From the NCBI RefSeq assembly GCF_006345805.1, contig NC_043004.1, forward strand, positions 103,168,001 through 103,232,000: 64,000 nt of DNA. The letters are read 5' to 3'. Below, one piece after another: positions 1-13,368 of this stretch. Made by a program: the position numbers and the translations under genes. This stretch comes from Octopus sinensis (Eukaryota). Within the stretch, counting starts at the first letter, position 1. Every line of letters starts with the position of its first letter. The notes under the pieces were generated by a model that was not told where the DNA came from, ran no database searches, and saw nothing but the letters and a program-made list of their open reading frames with translations.

Positions 1-286
1 GTAGGCAAGGTTTGCGTTGAGAAACTCAATACAAACATTTAGATTGGTGATATAGTTAAAATTAAATTGAATAAAGTTAGATCAGCGTAAGAAGTGAATT
101 CAGTTTATGTGAATGAGACTTGTGTTGAGAGATTCAAATAGCTACATTTAGTTTTTGTGATAAAATCGGAATGCTTTAAAAATTTATGAACATTTGAAGT
201 GAAGGTTTCGCTTTATTTATTCAATAACAGTAATGGATTATGTAATAGGATTTGTTTGAATTCTTTAAAGTAAACCAGCATGGGGC

Positions 287-291
287 ATACA

Positions 292-325
<34 letters not shown>

Positions 326-710
326 CATACGTACGTACGTACGTACGTACATACATACATAACATACATACATACATACATACATACATACATGCATGCA
401 TGCATACATACATACATACATGCATGCATGCATGCATGCATGCATACATACATACATTCATACATACAACCGAAATTGCGAGGATAATCTGGTTCTTGAC
501 TGGAGATAGAAAACTTCGAATGATCCGTCCTTGTTTTCTTTTTATCGTCTATCTGGATTTTTTGTTGTCCCTTTTTGTATCACCTAACTATCCGGGTGTT
601 TTGCGTTCTTGTCCCATTTTGTATTTTATATATACACGCATACATACATACATACATACATACATACATACATACATACATACATACATACATACATACA
701 TACATACATA
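287..710. repeat. (ACAT)n/(GCAT)n microsatellite blocks flanking a short dispersed-repeat fragment
   Basis: Tetranucleotide arrays at about 287-467 and 640-710. They account for the MYVC/HTYI ORFs. Confidence 0.95.
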
Positions 711-959
711 CAAATTTAAATTTCCTTTTGCATGTTTCATTGTGGAGGTCTAATGGGCCAGAAGAAACATGTCTATTCCTCTTATAGGTTGACTTCAAAG
801 GCCAAATCCGTCACAGTCTGTTCTGCTCCAATCGTTCCAAAACGTCGAGCAATTCAGTTTATTGGAATCATCTCCGTCATTTGCTTTTAAATCTTAAACA
901 CCCCCTAGAACAAGTGCTTTTTTTATTAGTCTTAGTCTTGGGTTTGTCACGACGAGTCT

Positions 960-1226
960 ATAGCGCCCTTGAGACGAGAATTTATTACGGTTTCCATGGC
1001 ATATAAACGACTGATAGTACAATACTCTGCTCACACCCGAAGGAGATGTCAATCCAACGTTGAGCTAAGCCTCATCCGTTGCTGCTTCCCGTTTTCAACC
1101 GATTGGCTTGGAATACCGGGAAAAGAAGTGCTTTTCTTTAGAATACAACGTGCCACCTGGTCTGGGAACAGAAACCACGACCTTATGATAGTAAGTCCAA
1201 CACCCTAGTCCCTAGGCCACTTGCCT
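960..1226 (-). mobile_element. Diverged tRNA-derived SINE
   Basis: Minus strand reads GAAGGCAAGTGGCCTAGGGACTAGGGTGTTGGACT...GTGGTTTCTGTTCCCAGACC, an A/B-box-like head resembling the other SINE heads in the window. Confidence 0.55.
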
Positions 1227-1369
1227 TCAAATATGTGTCTGATAACTGCTTGTATAATCTTAGAGGATCGAAGATATCCTTTCGAATTTGCGTTTATTAT
1301 GCAGAACGCTCCGTTCAATGTAGTTGTGCTGAGTATGTATATCAACACTATAGCTAAGGGAAAAAAACT

Positions 1370-1930
1370 CGGGTATGTTCCTTTAGGTGTGAGTGTCTTG
1401 TAGCAATCTCCTGCTCTTGATTTCCAAACACGTCGAAGTGGGATGTGATATAGCGGTCGCAAGTCCAAGAACGGCTGTACTTCATATCAGTGTTAGTGTC
1501 ATCTTCAAGTCTTCCGAAAACATATCCATGCATCATTTTTTTTTCTCTTTTGGTGTTAGAGCCGGAGTGTACTGAACCTTTCACGTCCAGGTTTTCCTTC
1601 AGCTATATTAATCTCGCTAATTGTAGGTTGTGTGAGAGGCCGTCAGCAAAAGAGTATTTCCTTGGTATCTCACTGCCAACTCGTGGGCTGTCGTTTTCTT
1701 CGCTTTTTAGCACTTGGATTGACATATATAATTTTGCTGCTGCTGTTTAGAAGGCGCTGTCTGAAGAATACTATTCGACATTAGAAAGTTGTCTGAACTG
1801 ATCTCAAGCGTCTACTTCCTTCGTCTCTTCTTAGGCAGAGCCGGTCGATATCACTGATTGAATAAACGTTTCCAGCTCACGTCAGGATCTTGCGGATTTT
1901 AATGTCCACGGAGTGGATTTCCTTCACAGA
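1370..1930 (-). mobile_element. Degraded R4/Dong-like non-LTR retrotransposon fragment (RT thumb and downstream region)
   Basis: Manual minus-strand translation gives VDIKIRKILT*AGN..SDIDRLCLRRDEGSRRLRS (compare SDxDRLYLxRxEGGRGL). Further on it gives KKMMHGYV..SRSW..ITSHF..NQEQEIATR (compare KxMHG...AIQEQEIxT). Stops and frameshifts are present. Confidence 0.7.
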
Positions 1931-2399
1931 CTAGCCAAGTATCCTAAACATTGATATGTCTGCCAGTCTGTCTGTCTGTTTGTCTGTATATATGTGCGTA
2001 TATATGTGTGTATATATGTGTGCATGTGTGTGTATGTATGTATGCATATTTGTGTATTGATGTCTGTTTGTAAGCATGCATGCTTGTATATGTATATGTA
2101 TGACTGCTTGTATCTGTGTGTGTGTGAATGTGTATGAATGTGTGTGAATGTACGTATGCATATATATATATATGCACATATATAAGTACATACACTCTCA
2201 TATATTTATATGTATACACACACACACACACACCTAGGTGCGTGCGCGTGTGTGTGTGTGCGTGTGCATGTTAATTTAGAGTTCTTTGTTTTAAAGCTTG
2301 TTTAAGGGAAACAACAGGACATTTATTTATGAGGAGACTCAGTACAAAAAGTAACATTAGGGTGAGAGGAATATAAATTCTATTGAAGGGAGTAATTAA

Positions 2400-2700
2400 A
2401 GGGAAATTAGCGAAATATTTCAAATTCTCAGTTGGAATAAATATTCGAATAGAAAAGAAAGATATATCATGTCTGTCTACACCAAAGACACAGCTAAATA
2501 CATATATTTATATGGAGACAGAGCATGTATTTACAGAGCCAAAATATCAGTGATAAAATGCCTTCTTAGAAGAGCATTTAGACTTTCCACCACTGATGAA
2601 TTACTAGATAAAGAAACCCGAGGAATAAAACCAATATTCGTTGTTAATTTTACAACGGAAGAACTGGAGAAAATTAGAGGAAAACCTACAAAATAGACCT
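2400..2700 (+). mobile_element. Degraded Penelope-like element, C-terminal RT region
   Basis: ORF 2469-2696, SVYTKDT..YL..KISVIKCLLRRAFRLSTTDELLDKE..IK, matches the Penelope pattern SVYxKxT...K.SVI..LL.RA. Confidence 0.65.
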
Positions 2701-2899
2701 GCACTAAAATTGAACTTTTGTGAAAATAGAAATAAAATGGTCTTGTGGTAGAGTGAAAATAGCAGTTCTAAGGAGGGAAATGTAGAAAAAGGGATTTGTC
2801 TGGAAGTTTTATAGGGTGTTAGAACTTTTCAAAAATATACAATGTACAGCATAGCCCATACTAGTCGCGATTCAGCTACATGATGTAGAGTTCTTTGAA

Positions 2900-4290
2900 T
2901 TTGATAAAATCTCGACTAATGTAATTTTATAAGAAGCCCTGCAAACAAAATTAAATACAGTGGGTTCGAAGTAAAGGGACATTTCCGAAAGAGAACCAAA
3001 TAATGAATGAAAGACGGTTTACAAAAACGCTGGGAAATGGGAATCGAGAATTTGAATCTCATGGTTTGTTTATTTTCTTGAGAACAAAGCAGTAGTTGGC
3101 TTTCATTGTTTTCTATTTTCACGAAAAGCCAATCAGTCTTCATTAAAATAAAAAAAAAATGGATTTTATCATTAGAAGACATCAGGAAGTGTTAGCACTC
3201 ATGAAAAGACCAAGAATCGTAACTGATGTTGTTTCACCCAATGGAAGAATCATTGGCTCTTCCGGCGCTCGAAATTCAAATTTCATAAATAGAGAAAAGG
3301 AAAACGGTGAGCTGTTCTCTATAGAATCCTAAATTCCGTAACATTTTTCGCAACTAAGAACATTAAATTGCATGTTCACAAACAATCCCGAATACTGGAA
3401 GAAGAATGAGATTTTGACTCTAGAAAAAAAAAAAGAAAAAGAAGGAATGTTTGAAAAGGCCAAGAATATGGGGTTAACAACGAAAGAGCAAATGATGAGA
3501 ATCATGTAAGAAACGATCAATAAGTTCCACAATGAAATGGAAGAAAGACATTTCCGTCTCAGTTTTTTTTTTTTCCTTTCTTTCTTTCTCTCGCTCGTTT
3601 GATTTATATCAATAACGGTTTCCAGATTACCATTGTTTCTCCTGACGAAATGAGTAACACATCACTTTTAAATTAATTAATTGTATATTCTAGTTACGTA
3701 ATTATATTAATAATGATGTCTTATGTCATTGAAACAGCTGTTGCGCACCATTAAAGGAGAAACCATTTCTGAAATATATGCTTTACTGCTTTATTTTAAA
3801 TATAACATGGAATATTTTTATAGATATTAGAGAATTACCATTTGATTCAAATAAGAGTAACAGCATTTATGAAATATAGATTTGAAAGACAGGTTATCTC
3901 AACTTTGTAGAGTTTCATAACACCTGATATAGATGGATTTGAGCTTCATAAAGAAATCTTAGTTGCTAAGATGCTTCTGGAAAATCGCCTAAAGATTCAG
4001 ACTTTTAAGATAAAGGAATTCTTAAAGTTTATTTATTCAGTATAGAGACGAAAAGACTTTTTTTTCTCCAAATTTGAGAGTAGCTATTCAAATAATGCTT
4101 ACTATTGCAGTTTTAATAGTCAACTGTGAGCGATCTTTCAGCAAGTTGAAATTGATCTTATCATATTTGAAAGCGTTGCTGAGATAAAACTGTCGGCTTT
4201 TGCACTTACTCAGCATTGAACGTGAGGATATTGAAAACACAAATTTGGGATATTATTAATGTGTCTGCATCGTTGAATACAGTTTTAAAT
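2900..4290 (+). mobile_element. Internally deleted hAT (Tip100/ZMYM1-like) transposase remnant
   Basis: TTF zinc-finger-like SWFVYFLENKAVVGFHCFLFS near 3060-3120. A basic KKKK..MFEKAKNMGLT..ETINKFHNEMEER segment near 3420-3560. The hAT dimerisation motif PNLRVAIQIMLTIAVLIVNCERSFSKLKLILSYLK near 4068-4172, followed by LLSIERE. Confidence 0.8.
3635..3763 (+). ncRNA. Degenerate type I hammerhead ribozyme with long stem II, inserted in the hAT remnant
   Basis: CTGACGA (3642-3648), stem II AATGA...TCATT with inner ACATCA/TGATGT, then GAAAC-AGCT-GTT. The stem I partner GAGAAAC is displaced about 14 nt downstream. Confidence 0.5.
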
Positions 4291-4556
4291 TGAAGTTGAT
4301 AATTATTCTCAAAAATAACCAGGTTAGGTGCAAACAAGTTCCTTATTTAGAATTAGAATCAAAATTAGAATTTCTTTTAAAGTTCCTTAAAGTTGAAATG
4401 GTTCATTTCAATAAACACTGACTTGTTTCTTTTTTAATTTATTACTTGTATTGATAATTGTTTTAAGTATAATTTACGTTTTAATATGCTTTATACATAT
4501 CTAGATATAATTTTCCTTTCTCTTAAAATCAACATCTTAAAAGTATATTAGAATTG

Positions 4557-4779
4557 TATGCATTTATGTATGTATGTATGTATGTATGTATGTATGTATG
4601 TATGTATGTATGTATGTATGTATGTATGTACGTATGTATGTGTATGTATGTATGAATGTACAGAGAAAATAAAATCTCATGAGGCAGTATATGTGCAAAA
4701 GTATAGCAATATTTTTAAACCGGCAAGTTTAAAATCAGACATACAACAGAAATCTAACGCAGCATATTTACAGAGAAAA

Positions 4780-4814
<35 letters not shown>

Positions 4815-4849
4815 TATTATTATTATTATTATTAGTGGTGGTGGTGGTG

Positions 4850-4937
<88 letters not shown>

Positions 4938-4944
4938 ACTCACA

Positions 4945-4983
<39 letters not shown>
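4557..4983. repeat. Compound microsatellite (TATG)n, (ATT)n(GGT)n(AGT)n, (AT)n
   Basis: Visible directly in the sequence. Confidence 0.95.
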
Positions 4984-4986
<3 letters not shown>

Positions 4987-5217
4987 TGTGTTTTTTTTAA
5001 TGTTCAGTTGTAATGAAAAGAATTTTACATTAATATGCTGGGTTACTCTATACTACTTTAGAGGACAAATTTATTATTCTCAAACAAGAATGTTGTTGAC
5101 AATGGCTTTGAAGTTTCGGCCAGCTGAAGCCAACGCCCGACACCATTCTTTTTTAAGATTAATAAATTAAGAAATAAAGCTCTCTCTCTGTCTCTCTGTC
5201 TATCTATCTATCTATCT

Positions 5218-5257
<40 letters not shown>

Positions 5258-5281
5258 ATCTATCTATCTATCTATCTCTCT

Positions 5282-5347
<66 letters not shown>

Positions 5348-5478
5348 ATATATTTATTTTTATATATATATATATACACATATAGATGTAAATATGTACA
5401 TATATCTATGTATCTATGCATATATATTATTTATATGTATGTATGTATGTATGTGTGTGATGTAGGTATGTATGTATG

Positions 5479-5540
<62 letters not shown>

Positions 5541-5898
5541 CACAAAAAAACGGAAAACAGACACAGAAGATCGCTATATCCTTATCAGTTATCGGCCAGA
5601 GGATCAAACGCAATTTTGCACCTTCAACAATAATATTACTCGTTTCTGGTTGCACCGGCAGCAAGAAGCCGCCGGGAAATGGTGAGGCAACGAACAAGGG
5701 ACCAAACATTACGATGGAGAACAAACAATCTAAATAAACAAATATGCAGAACAGAAAACGAACATTCAGACATGAAATAAATGTGATTCAAGACGAGACC
5801 ATTAGGAGAGGAACGAGGTACAAAGATATTTGATTTCTAATTGACAGTCTACTGCTGACGATTATATACAAATAGAACAAGCTATATTGGAACAGGTT

Positions 5899-6115
5899 AG
5901 GCGGCGAGCTGGCAGATACGTTAGCGCGCCGAGCGAAATGCTTAGCAGTATTTCGTCTGTCGTTACGTTCTGAGTTCAATTTCCGCCGAGGTCGACTTTG
6001 CCTTTTATCCTTTCTGGGTCGATAAATAAAGTACCAGTTTCACACTGGGGGTCAATGTAATCGACTTAATCCGTTTGTTGTCTGTCCTGTTTGTCCCCTC
6101 TATGTTTAGCCCCTC
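5899..6115 (+). mobile_element. SINE family C (tRNA-like head, GCCTTTCATCCTTTCGGGGTCGATAAA central domain)
   Basis: AGGCGGCGAGCTGGCAGA..GAGTTCAA head. Further copies lie near 15021, 24640, 29630, 34832, 42355, 46285, 52780, 55630 and 63860. Confidence 0.85.
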
Positions 6116-6393
6116 AAATGACTGAAACAAGTAAAAGAGTAAAAGAGAGTAAAGAGTTGTATGAATATGAACGAGAACGTGGACACACACACACACACAT
6201 ATACACGCGTGCACACGCACACACAAACAAATAAACAAGACAAACAAACAAACAAGGGCAGTCAGACCAAGAGTTGAAAATTACAATATATTTCAATATT
6301 TGCCATTTAATATAGACATGTAATTGGAACTATTTAACATGAGTTAATAGTATCAATATCTAGAAAAACATTTACTTTGTTAAATAAATAATA

Positions 6394-6791
6394 CTAGCAG
6401 TATCGCCCGGCGTTGCTCGGGTTTGTAAGGGAAATAACTATATAAGCATTTTTAGAGAGTTATAGCCAAAAAATAGCAAAAAAAGCATTAAAAATGGGAA
6501 AAAAAATGATGGTAAATTTTTTTTTAATCGTTGACTCATCGTAGACATTTTTAGAGAGTTATTTCCCTTATATAATAGCGAAAAAAATGCATTAAAATGG
6601 AAAAAAATTATGGTAAATTATTTTTAAAATCGTAGACTCATCGTAGACGCGCGCTAATACCCAGAAGGGCTCGATATGAATCACAACTATAAGATACCCG
6701 GTTTTGGTTAAACTGCACCGCAAAATGTGGGAGTAGTTAGGAATCTAAATCGTAGGAGACAGACACACAACTTCACTTTTATATATAAAGA
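6394..6791 (-). mobile_element. Non-autonomous Helitron, copy 1
   Basis: Minus strand reads A|TCTTTATATATAAAAG...CCCGAGCAACGCCGGG (hairpin)..CTAG|T. This gives a 5' TC, a 3' hairpin plus CTAG, an A|T insertion site and no target-site duplication (TSD). Confidence 0.85.
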
Positions 6792-7630
6792 TTAACTGCG
6801 AATCGAAATGAGATCGTAGGATTTCTCGGTTTTTCCTTATAATGTTCTCTCATCAAATAACTGAATAACGTCGGTGATAAGTTACCGCTAAAACACTCAA
6901 ACGAGACAAGATTTATTGGAAACCATTATAGTTGTTCGAAAATGTCAGCAAGATGAGACAGGCTGTTAACAGAGGTAATACTATACAATGACATGCGCAG
7001 TAAAGATAAAATAAATAAACATTTTCTTCTTTTTTTTTCATCGCTGATACAATAAAGTGAATATGTTTTTATAAAAATAAAGAATATTTGTGGAATGTCC
7101 TAGTAAATACCTCTCTAAACAGAGCTTTCATTGTTCTTGTGGACAGAGGTCAGGAACTATGCGAGTATATACATACGAGTTACTTATTTATGGAACAGAT
7201 GACAATGTTTATGTGATAAGTGTATGAAGAAATATTCAAAGATTCCAGGTTCTAGGATATACTTACGATCGTTGTGGCTCTTGAATATATTAACAATTTT
7301 GTTCAATAAATAGTAAGCAAGCCTCTTATGTTCCTCTGGGAAAACATATATGGAATTAATTTGATTCTGGCTTATCTGAAAATAGCAAATAAAGAGACTC
7401 CCAGAAAAATTTGCAACGCGTAGATCTATGCATGTGGTCTGTTAAATGTGACTGTCAGAGTGTCGACAGACCGAAAAGTTGCATATCAGTACTTTGTAGT
7501 TACTATATCTCATACCTTTTGACACGATCCAATGCTTTTAAATAAATAATACATAAGTACAATATGAAGGATGATATAATAGAAGTAATGTATCCCAGAA
7601 CAGACAATATAAGAAATAATACATTACTTA

Positions 7631-7930
7631 CTAGCAGTATCGCCCGGCGTTGCTCGGGTTTGTGAGGGAAATAACTATATAAGCATTTTTAGAGAGTTAC
7701 TTCCCTTATATAATAGCAAAAAAATGCATTAAAATGGGAAAAAATTATGGTAATTTTTTTTAAATCGTAGACTCATCGTAGACGCGCGCTAATACCCAGA
7801 AGGGCTCGATATGAATCACGACTATAAGATACCCGGTTTTGGTTAAACTGCACCGCAAAATGTGGGAGTAGTTAGGAATCTAAATCGTAGGAGACAGACA
7901 CTCACACAACTTCACTTTTATATATTAAGA
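7631..7930 (-). mobile_element. Non-autonomous Helitron, copy 2 (shorter internal repeat region)
   Basis: Same termini and hairpin as 6394-6791, and also inserted at A|T. Confidence 0.85.
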
Positions 7931-8065
7931 TTAGCTCAATCATTCGTTGAACCAAATGGCGCAGTGGAAGCATGCCGGACCTTCCGAACTTAGAAGTCCG
8001 TTAATCAAAACTACGCTCTACGAAGAAATGAATATTATTTTTGATATTTATATATCGCAACTGAG

Positions 8066-8454
8066 CAGCTCTGGATTCACCATTAAGCAAAATAAGCACG
8101 TGCTTAGGGCATCAAGGGAAGGAAAGAGAACACAGAAGAAATGGTAAATCGTTTACGACACAAAAATTCTCTTTAAACTTGTTAAAATAATATTCGAAGT
8201 GGCTTATATGATCGGAAATATAATTTCGAAGCGTTTTCTGCAAATAAACAAGTAGAAAACTTTTCAAAGATAAATATAAAGGGGAAGAATACAAAAATAA
8301 ATGTTATTTTCCATCTTGCAAATAGTTTCGTTCCATTTTGAAAAATAAGAATTTATTTTATAGTTTATTATTGTTTATATTTTGAATTACATATATAGAG
8401 GGACACCAAATCTTTTAAGTGCTTAGAGCTTCTATGGGTCTTAATCCGGCCCTG
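8066..8454. mobile_element. hAT (Tip100-type) MITE
   Basis: Terminal inverted repeats (TIRs) CAGCTCTGGATT / AATCCGGCCCTG (CAGGGCCGGATT type). 8-bp TSD CAACTGAG/CAATTGAG. Confidence 0.75.
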
Positions 8455-8850
8455 CAATTGAGTTTTCTTTAGATATACCAATTATATGTGTATACAAATA
8501 CCTACAAGGATAAGGTATAAATTATATAAGGCTGTTTAAATTTATACAGGCTCAGCTGTCAGGGGAGGGCAGAGACGGCGACGACAACAATAACAGAACT
8601 TTTCGCTGAGTATACATACAGTATAAACTGCAACAAGAGAGATTCCAAAAAATGCAGTACTTTTCGTTGTTTCAAACAATGAAAGTTACGTTACTAAATA
8701 TGCAATACATAATAAAAATAGTTCAATAACAAACTTCAAAAATGCGCTTTCCAAAAAATACTGCCGTTTTCTTTGTTTCAGACAATGTAAATTATGTTAA
8801 CAAATATACAACGTACACTATAAAAATGTTTAGTATGCAATATTGTGCAT

Positions 8851-9274
8851 ACTCTTTACTCTTTTACTCTTTTTACTCTTTTACTTGTTTCAGTCATTTG
8901 ACTGCGGCCATGCTGGAGCACCGCCTTTAATCGAGCAACTCGACCCCGGGACTTATACTTTTGTAAGCCCATTACTTATTCTATGGGTCTCTTTTGCCGA
9001 ACCGCTAAGTAACGGGGACATAAACACACCAGCATCGGTTGTCAAGCAATACTAGGGGGACAAACACAGACTCACAAACACACACACGCATATATATATA
9101 TATACATATATACGACGGGCTTCTTTCAGTTTCCGTCTACAAAATCCACTCACAAGGCTTTGTTCGGCCCGAGGCTATAGTAGAAGACATTTGCCCAAGG
9201 TGCCACGCAGTAGGACTGAACCCAGAACCATGTGGTTGGTAAACAAGCTACTTACCACACAGCCACTCCTACGC
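8851..9274 (-). mobile_element. SINE family A (tRNA head, CCTTGGGCAAG CORE-like box, internal (AT)/(GT) microsatellite, (AAGAGTA)n tail)
   Basis: Full-length copy of the most abundant repeat in the window. A-box TGGCTGTGTGGT, B-box GGTTCAGTCC. Confidence 0.9.
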
Positions 9275-9321
9275 ATGTTACAATATATTAATAAATGTGT
9301 GCATTAACTACGCACTTAAAC

Positions 9322-9590
9322 TATTCAATACATGTGGAAGAGACGACTGTATATGTGTGTCTCTGTGTACGTGTATTAAGTGTGCGCGCGATTGTGTGTA
9401 CCGTTGGTGATTTTTTTCCCTCTGTCTTCCCTTTTCTGGATCTTTCCTTCTCCTATGTTTCCGACGAAGAGCTCCGCTCGAAACGTTAAACCCTCCTTCT
9501 TTCCTTCTTTCCTGAGCGTCTAATAACACTATATTTGTTCCACGTCCTCGCGTTGTTGTGTTTTCTCTTTGTGTTTTTTTGTTTGGATTA

Positions 9591-9595
<5 letters not shown>
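9322..9595 (+). mobile_element. Short Penelope pLTR-like non-coding element with a minimal hammerhead motif
   Basis: GTTT-CCGACGA-A-GAGC(TCC)GCTC-GAAAC-GTT-AAAC at 9457-9491. Homologous minus-strand copies lie at about 23858-24062 and 24133-24330. Confidence 0.6.
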
Positions 9596-9663
<68 letters not shown>

Positions 9664-10318
9664 GTGTGTGTGCGTGCGTGTGTGTGTGCGTGTGTGTGTG
9701 TGTGTGTGGTGTGTGTGTGTGTGTGTGTGTGTATGCACGTATAGTGAAGAAATAAAGAATGAAGCAGCATTTTCATTATTTGATATTTAATTCAATTACT
9801 CGTGTTTCAGATGGATCGACAAGTTGCATCCGCTGTACATTGAGGTTCGATCCACAGGCTGATCGATTAGTAAACCAAATGTACAAACCTGTTGAGTACT
9901 AAATCATTCTTTCCAAAGCTTTAATCGTTTCTATCAGATTTTATGTTGGAAGATATACAATTAAGATCTTGTGAAAGCGGGTGATATAAATTATCCACCT
10001 CAGGCTCCTCTCAATTTATTACCCTGTCTCCATTCTATATTATTTGGTGATAAGTTTTTTTTACATTTTTTACTTTTTATCAGGTACTAGTAATTTAATG
10101 CCTATGGGGAAGAAACAACGACTCTCTTCCAGTTAATTAGTCAAATATTGAAAGATTCCGGAACCCTTATATTCTTATTCATGCGTAAAAGCCAACCGAT
10201 CATTGGACTACCGAGGTTTCCAACAGGAAAATCCATCACCAACAGTAATTCACCCCGAGACCACATTTGCTGCTTTGTATCGATGTCTACAATCAATAGA
10301 TTGGTATTTATTTTGATG

Positions 10319-10703
10319 TGGAGGCGCAATGGCCCAGTGGTTAGGGCAGCGGACTCGCGGTCGTGGGATCGCGGTTTCGATTCCCAGACTGGGCGTTGTG
10401 AGTGTTTATTGAGCGAAAACACCTAAAAAGCTTCACGAGGCTCCGGCAGGGATGGTGGTGATCCCTGCTGTACTCTTTCACCACAACTTACTCTCACTCT
10501 TTCTTCCTGTTTCTGTTGTACCTGTATTTCAAAGGGCCGGCCTTGTCACTCTCTGTGTCACGCTGAATATCCCCGAGAACTACGTTAAGGGTACACGTGT
10601 CTGTGGAGTGCTCAGCCACTTACACGCTAATTTCACGAGCAGGCTGTTCCGTTGATTCGGATCAACCGGAACCCTCGTCGTCGTAACCGACGGAGTGCTT
10701 CCA
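10319..10703 (+). mobile_element. SINE family B (tRNA-Arg-like head), tail type 1
   Basis: Head TGGAGGCGCAATGGCCCAGTGGTTAGGGCAGCGGACTCGCGG..GGTTTCGATTCCC. TSD ATTTATTTTG. A near-identical copy lies at 57069. Confidence 0.9.
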
Positions 10704-10937
10704 TTTATTTTGGTATCTATTTACATCCCTCAAGGTCGTAATGTAATTTACTACCTAAAGAATCACTAATAAGGAAATCAACCTACAAGTAATTGCAGAT
10801 TAAGATATTAACATATAGTAAATTATTAATTCATGATTTCATTAAAAACTCAAGATGTAAATACTTTGTAATTTCCAAAGTATTTTAAATAATATGAAAA
10901 CTAGCTTTAGAAGGAATTTCTAACTACGTAAATATAT

Positions 10938-11337
10938 GGAGTGGCTGTGTGGTAAGTAGCTTGCTTACCAACCACATGGTTCCGGGTTCAGTCCCACTGC
11001 GTGGCACCTTGGGCTAGTGTCTTCTGCTATAGCCCCGGGCCGACCAATGCCTTCTGAGTGGATTTGGTAGACGGAAACTGAAAGAAGCCTGTCGTATATA
11101 TGTATATATATATATATGTATGTGTGTATTTGTGTGTCTGTGTTTGTCCCCCTAGCATTGCTTGACAACCGATGCTGGTGTGTTTATGTCCCCGTTACTT
11201 AGCGGTTCGGCAAAAGAGACCGATAGAATAAGTACTGGGCTTACAAAGAATAAGTCCCGGTGTCGAGTTGCTCGATTAAAGTTGGTGCTCCAGCATGGCC
11301 GCAGTCAAATGACTGAAACAAGTAAAAGAGTAGAGTA
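10938..11337 (+). mobile_element. SINE family A
   Basis: Reverse complement of the 8851-9274 family. Confidence 0.9.
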
Positions 11338-11625
11338 TATAACAACAGTCTCGTAAAGTTTGTAGATCTAATAAGTTTTTTTGTTTTGTTACTTTAGCAC
11401 AATCGTGATATTTGCGTCTCTTTAAAGAAGGCTTATTGTTGGTCAGTGAATTTGTTGTCGGTGGATTGTCATCCTAGAAATTTTCCACACACGTGTATTT
11501 TCCGATGTTTCCAACGTTGTTTGCGCTTATTTTCAAGTTTTTTTTTTATTAATTCAGTTATTTAAATGTGCTTCAAATGTACAATGTTCATCTTTACTAA
11601 ATGATTGCTGTAGTTGTTTAACCTC

Positions 11626-12159
11626 TATGTCACGCTGGTGAGACCCATATTGGAGTACGGGATTCAAGCCTCTTCTCCTTATCTCCTCAAAGACATACAG
11701 CATCTCGAAAGAGTCCAGAAGCTGGCTACCCGCATGGTTCTTGGTCTCAAGAATTTGTCTTATGAAGAAAGGCTGAAGAAGCTCGACCTTTATTCTCTTG
11801 AAAAACGACGACGCCGTGGTGATCTCATTCTTGCTCACAACATCATAAGCGGAAAGTGTAACCTCTCGAAAGAGCTGTTCTTCACTCCTGCTCCAGAGCG
11901 TCGGCTGCGGGGTCATTCCGAAAAGCTCTATCTGCGACGATTTCATCTCAATCGAAGGAGAGGGGCTTTCTCCGTCTGGGTTGCGGATCCGTGGAATAAG
12001 CTGCCGGACGAGATGGTGAAGATGCCGACGATCGCTCGGTTCAAAGTCTCCCTTGACCACAAGTGGCCTGAACTCTTTACATGAACACCACCCTGTACAT
12101 AACTCCATGTCCCCCTACATGGCCTTGCTTTTGCTTTTTGAGCCAAAAAATTAACTAAC
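11626..12159 (+). mobile_element. 5'-truncated CR1/L2-group LINE, 3' end
   Basis: ORF reads LYVTLVRPILEY...LERVQKLATRMV..LSYEERLKKL.LYSLEKRRRRGDLI...LRGH..KL...WNKLP. It has a (TAAC)n tail and a probable TSD TAACCTC. Confidence 0.9.
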
Positions 12160-13368
12160 TAACCTCAGGTCAAGTCTTAGTCTTCAAGTTGTTCCTGTCT
12201 TGTATTCAGGGAGAATGTCTAGGATCATATTTTTCAGAATATCTTTCTTCCTCTAAAACGTTAATATAACAATTTCATTATCGAGCGATGATGTCTTTTT
12301 AAATGGTTCTCTTACCTCATAATATATAGAGGTGTCAACGCGCAATGTAAAGTTGGATTTTTCTACTGGTAATTTACTTGTTAAATTACTCAGAACTTTT
12401 AAATTTATAAGTATGGTTTCAACTGTTTTCGGCGGGTGTAGTCATTGATCCTACTTTAAGAAGACAGATTTATCAATGAGTAACTTTTTTTGTTGTTAAT
12501 TTTACCTAAGAATAGAAATTGTATGATACGTTGTCACTCCATATAAGTTCACCGAGATATTCCAACAAAGGTTCAACGAAGTTCCACTAATATAAGCTAC
12601 GTTTATATCCACACTAACAATGACATTTTGTACAATAACAATATGTCCAATGATAATGACAGCAAAAACGACAATAAAACCGGGAAATACTGCTATCTTT
12701 CTTCCCAACGTCAGAGGCTGGCACCGAATATGTTTACAGATAGACGCTTCATTCACAAAAAATACCGTATTAATGTGGCACGTAAACAAATTCTACATTT
12801 TGCAGTACAGCATTCAATGCCATTAAAAACTACTTTATGGAGCTTAAAGAGTTTATCATCGCACGTACCATTCACATAACAATAAATCAGGAAAGATTTT
12901 TTTTAAATATTTTATTAGGATATAGAAAACCAGCATTTTAAATTATACTCAACTCAGACTTGACGGATCTTTATACAATAGAAGTGGTCTTATAGCATAC
13001 ATAAAAATGAATATATTCAATATATTCAAAATATAGGTATCACAAATAGTATTCGCAGTTATTGAAGAAACAAAATTGCTCAATAAATGAAGGCTTTCGA
13101 AATAAGAACCAGTACATGATGCGCACTAAAATAATGAACATGCACACACATGTATGTATATAAACATATATATATACACCACTAGAGTGTGTGTACTGTG
13201 ACCAACGGTTCACAGGCTACACACTCCAGCTATAGCATTTTAACACTCTTACAAACACCATCATAAGGAGAGAATTCGATGCACTCAACTCACGGTTTTC
13301 AAATACTTTAGATAGCAAAAAGGTAGCTTAATAGCCCCACAGCAAAACTTTTTTCTTTTACACACTAA

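Noticed and set aside
5560-5735. Unique GC-richer stretch with splice-like signals (plus-strand TG|GTGAGG, minus-strand TTTAG|)
   Set aside because: No recognisable protein in any frame and no consistent acceptor/donor pair, so an exon cannot be supported without RNA data.
9039-9242. Recurrent ORF 'YDGLLSVSVYQIHSQG..CPRCHAVGLNPEPCGW' resembling a small protein family
   Set aside because: It is the antisense translation of SINE family A.
9790-9870. Hairpin TGGATCGA/TCGATCCA with GAAAC..GTA on the minus strand
   Set aside because: No CTGANGA-like segment is present, so it is too degenerate to call a hammerhead.
10319-10395. tRNA-like sequences here and at the other SINE heads
   Set aside because: There is no proper acceptor stem and they continue into SINE bodies with TSDs, so they are not tRNA genes.
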